From contig OZ059894.1 of assembly GCA_964057225.1 (NCBI GenBank), forward strand, positions 17,546,001 to 17,610,000: 64,000 bases of DNA, given 5' to 3'. Positions 61,887-64,000 of this stretch are shown here, one piece after another (position 1 is the first letter of the stretch; the number at the start of each line of letters is the position of its first letter). Under the pieces are notes generated by a model. It worked only from the letters and a program-made list of their open reading frames with translations. It did not search any database and was not told the DNA's origin. A program made the translations under genes and the position numbers. Source of the stretch: Auanema rhodensis (Eukaryota > Animalia > Nematoda).

Positions 61887-64000
61887 TTTTTTAAAAATCT
61901 AACGTTTGTTTTTGCATATTAATATTATATTCTTTTAATATATTATAATTCAATTAATTATTTAATATTTTTATTAAAAATATTATGTTTTATATAAAGT
62001 TTCTAATAAATTTGTATTTTTTCAGACAAATCTTGTTAATGATGAGTAATCTCTTTTCAATAAAATTAATACTTTGATTGAATTGTAGACTGTGAAAAAC
62101 TATTTGGCAACTACGAGAAGCAACCGTTCATCAGATATCGGAAAATTAAAATAAATGTTTTTGACGTGAAAAGTATCACGTGGAAATTTGAATGTTATCA
62201 ATGATTATACAGTATATTTGTTGTATAAATATGTTTATTTCTTATATTTTTAATTTTTTTTGTTGAACCCTCTGGGCAAGGGCAGATGCTGAAAGTTGGG
62301 GCTTACGAATTAATTTGAAGTAAGAAAAAGCTTTTCAAGTGGAGATGGATATCAGCCGTCCATCAATTAGTGCCATCAGTTCTCATCATTACTTTCAGTC
62401 AGATATAGCTTCTTCAAATTTCTTTCTTAATGATAAAAGAAGAGAAGCAAGAAGATACTGGAAGAAACATAAAGAGTATTGGAAAGAAACTTAAAGTAAA
62501 TACAATCATCATACTTTCAAATCTTCATTCTTCCCTTTAAAATATCGTTGTCACATCTCATTTTCTTTTTAACATTTCCATCTATTTCTAACTTCTATCT
62601 TTCAAATCTTTTCTACACTCTTCTTACTATTCTGTATATAACATTAGTCTCTTCCTAAATCACAATATATCGCTTCTGTCTGCCTAACCTTTAGCATCTC
62701 TTTCAAGTCATTCTCATACCTCATTCTCTTCATAGCTCATCTGCCGTTCGTTGTGAGATGCGTCAGGTGTCATTTAACAGCTTTAGTCTTCAATTTCGTA
62801 CGGCTTTTTCCTCATCCCTGAATTTCCGTGGCCTCGTGCCATCTCCCTTCAAAGTCATTGAGATATCCAGAGAAATATAGACGATAAGAGATAATAAAGA
62901 AGAGTTCTTTTCTTTAGTCAATGGATGAAAGACATTCTCAAACTTCGTTTGTGTCCTTCCCTCAATAATCGCTTTACCACCAAATTTTTTATAATTTTCA
63001 ACATAAAAATTCAAAATTTCAGTTAATAATCTCTACTAGATTACCGATATAAACTATATTATGTTGAAATCCAATATAACTATAATACAAGATTATAAAC
63101 TATATTCCATAAAAGATATAATTGAAAGTTCAACAACATATTGTTGCTTAATACTGTAATATTATGTTGTTTTTCGAAACAAATCTGAATGCTTTTCTCA
63201 ACCACAATATCATCTTTTCCTGGTTTTTCTTTCATTTTTTGTTATTTGAGCTTCTTATACACTTTGAGTTCATCAGCTATTACTTACTATTGTTTTTCTT
63301 TAAAACTTCCTATAGTTGCAAATTTCATATATACAACTCAAGAACCAAAAAAATATTTTTTGAAACATTTGCCGAAGAACTTTATTGCAGAGAACTTTGT
63401 TTTCTATTCTCTCAGCAGATTATACTATCATAGGTTTTTTTTCTAAATAAAATAACATACTCAATGAATTCCGAATGATCAGCATCATCGTTTATGAACA
63501 AATCAGATTACTGATTCCAGTTCTCTTGCACCGAAAATGTCAGAATTTTATCTTTTTTTCTCTATTTCTCTAATAAATATAATGTTATCATAATATCTTT
63601 GTATCTTATATTGAGAAATACAATTTTGGTAGTACTACGTAAACGACTACCCGGTTTAGCACTACCAGTAGAACCAATAGGTTTTCGAAATCATTCTGGA
63701 TCATCTCCCATTTTTGGAATTTTATTTTTTCCCCCTTAATCTTAAGTCCTCATTTGCATTAAATATCCAATTCATTTTGCAAATGATTTTGCTGATCATT
63801 GATACAGTATCAAACATTGGTCTCATGGGATTGGTTGGTTCTTCTTAATTTAATCAACTCCCATACCAATATCATTACAAAAATAAGATTAAGTTCAATT
63901 TGTATATTAAAGTTATTATTATTGATCAATTTCATAACTCATAACCAATTATTATTATTATTATTATTTTATATAATTATATTGATTACTTGTAACGAAT

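Overview
AT-rich eukaryotic genomic DNA from a rhabditid (clade V) nematode. The evidence is TTTCAG-type acceptors, introns of about 45-55 nt, trans-splice sites just upstream of ATGs, and nematode-specific gene families. The ORF track is mostly exon fragments, so I spliced the genes by hand. There are about 19 intron-rich protein genes: a small S/T/K-rich protein, a kringle-TM protein, a Cys-rich GPI-like protein, dhs-21, CCDC97, a sao-1-like GYF protein, pptr-1, cwc-15, SLC37A3, a KLF, a DB-module protein, a 4-TM protein, a REC-8-like kleisin, syf-3/crooked neck, pst-1, a Shisa-like TM protein, a HOT/ODR-2 Ly6 protein, a cuticlin-like ZP protein and a GH31 alpha-glucosidase homologue. There is also an intron-containing tRNA-Leu(CAA). 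I found no transposon, CRISPR array or prokaryotic DNA. The most notable observations are: (1) the GH31 gene appears intact but has lost both catalytic aspartates (candidate secreted gut pseudoenzyme); (2) a relaxed splice code with many AAG acceptors, +4U-rich donors and three AG|GCAT GC-AG introns; (3) a compact three-way-junction RNA candidate at 56.7 kb; (4) a Shisa-like membrane protein with PP1-docking motifs; (5) alternative first-exon arrays; (6) a recurrent GTTAA..ACCACGCCTC promoter motif. All C. elegans comparisons are from memory and need database confirmation.
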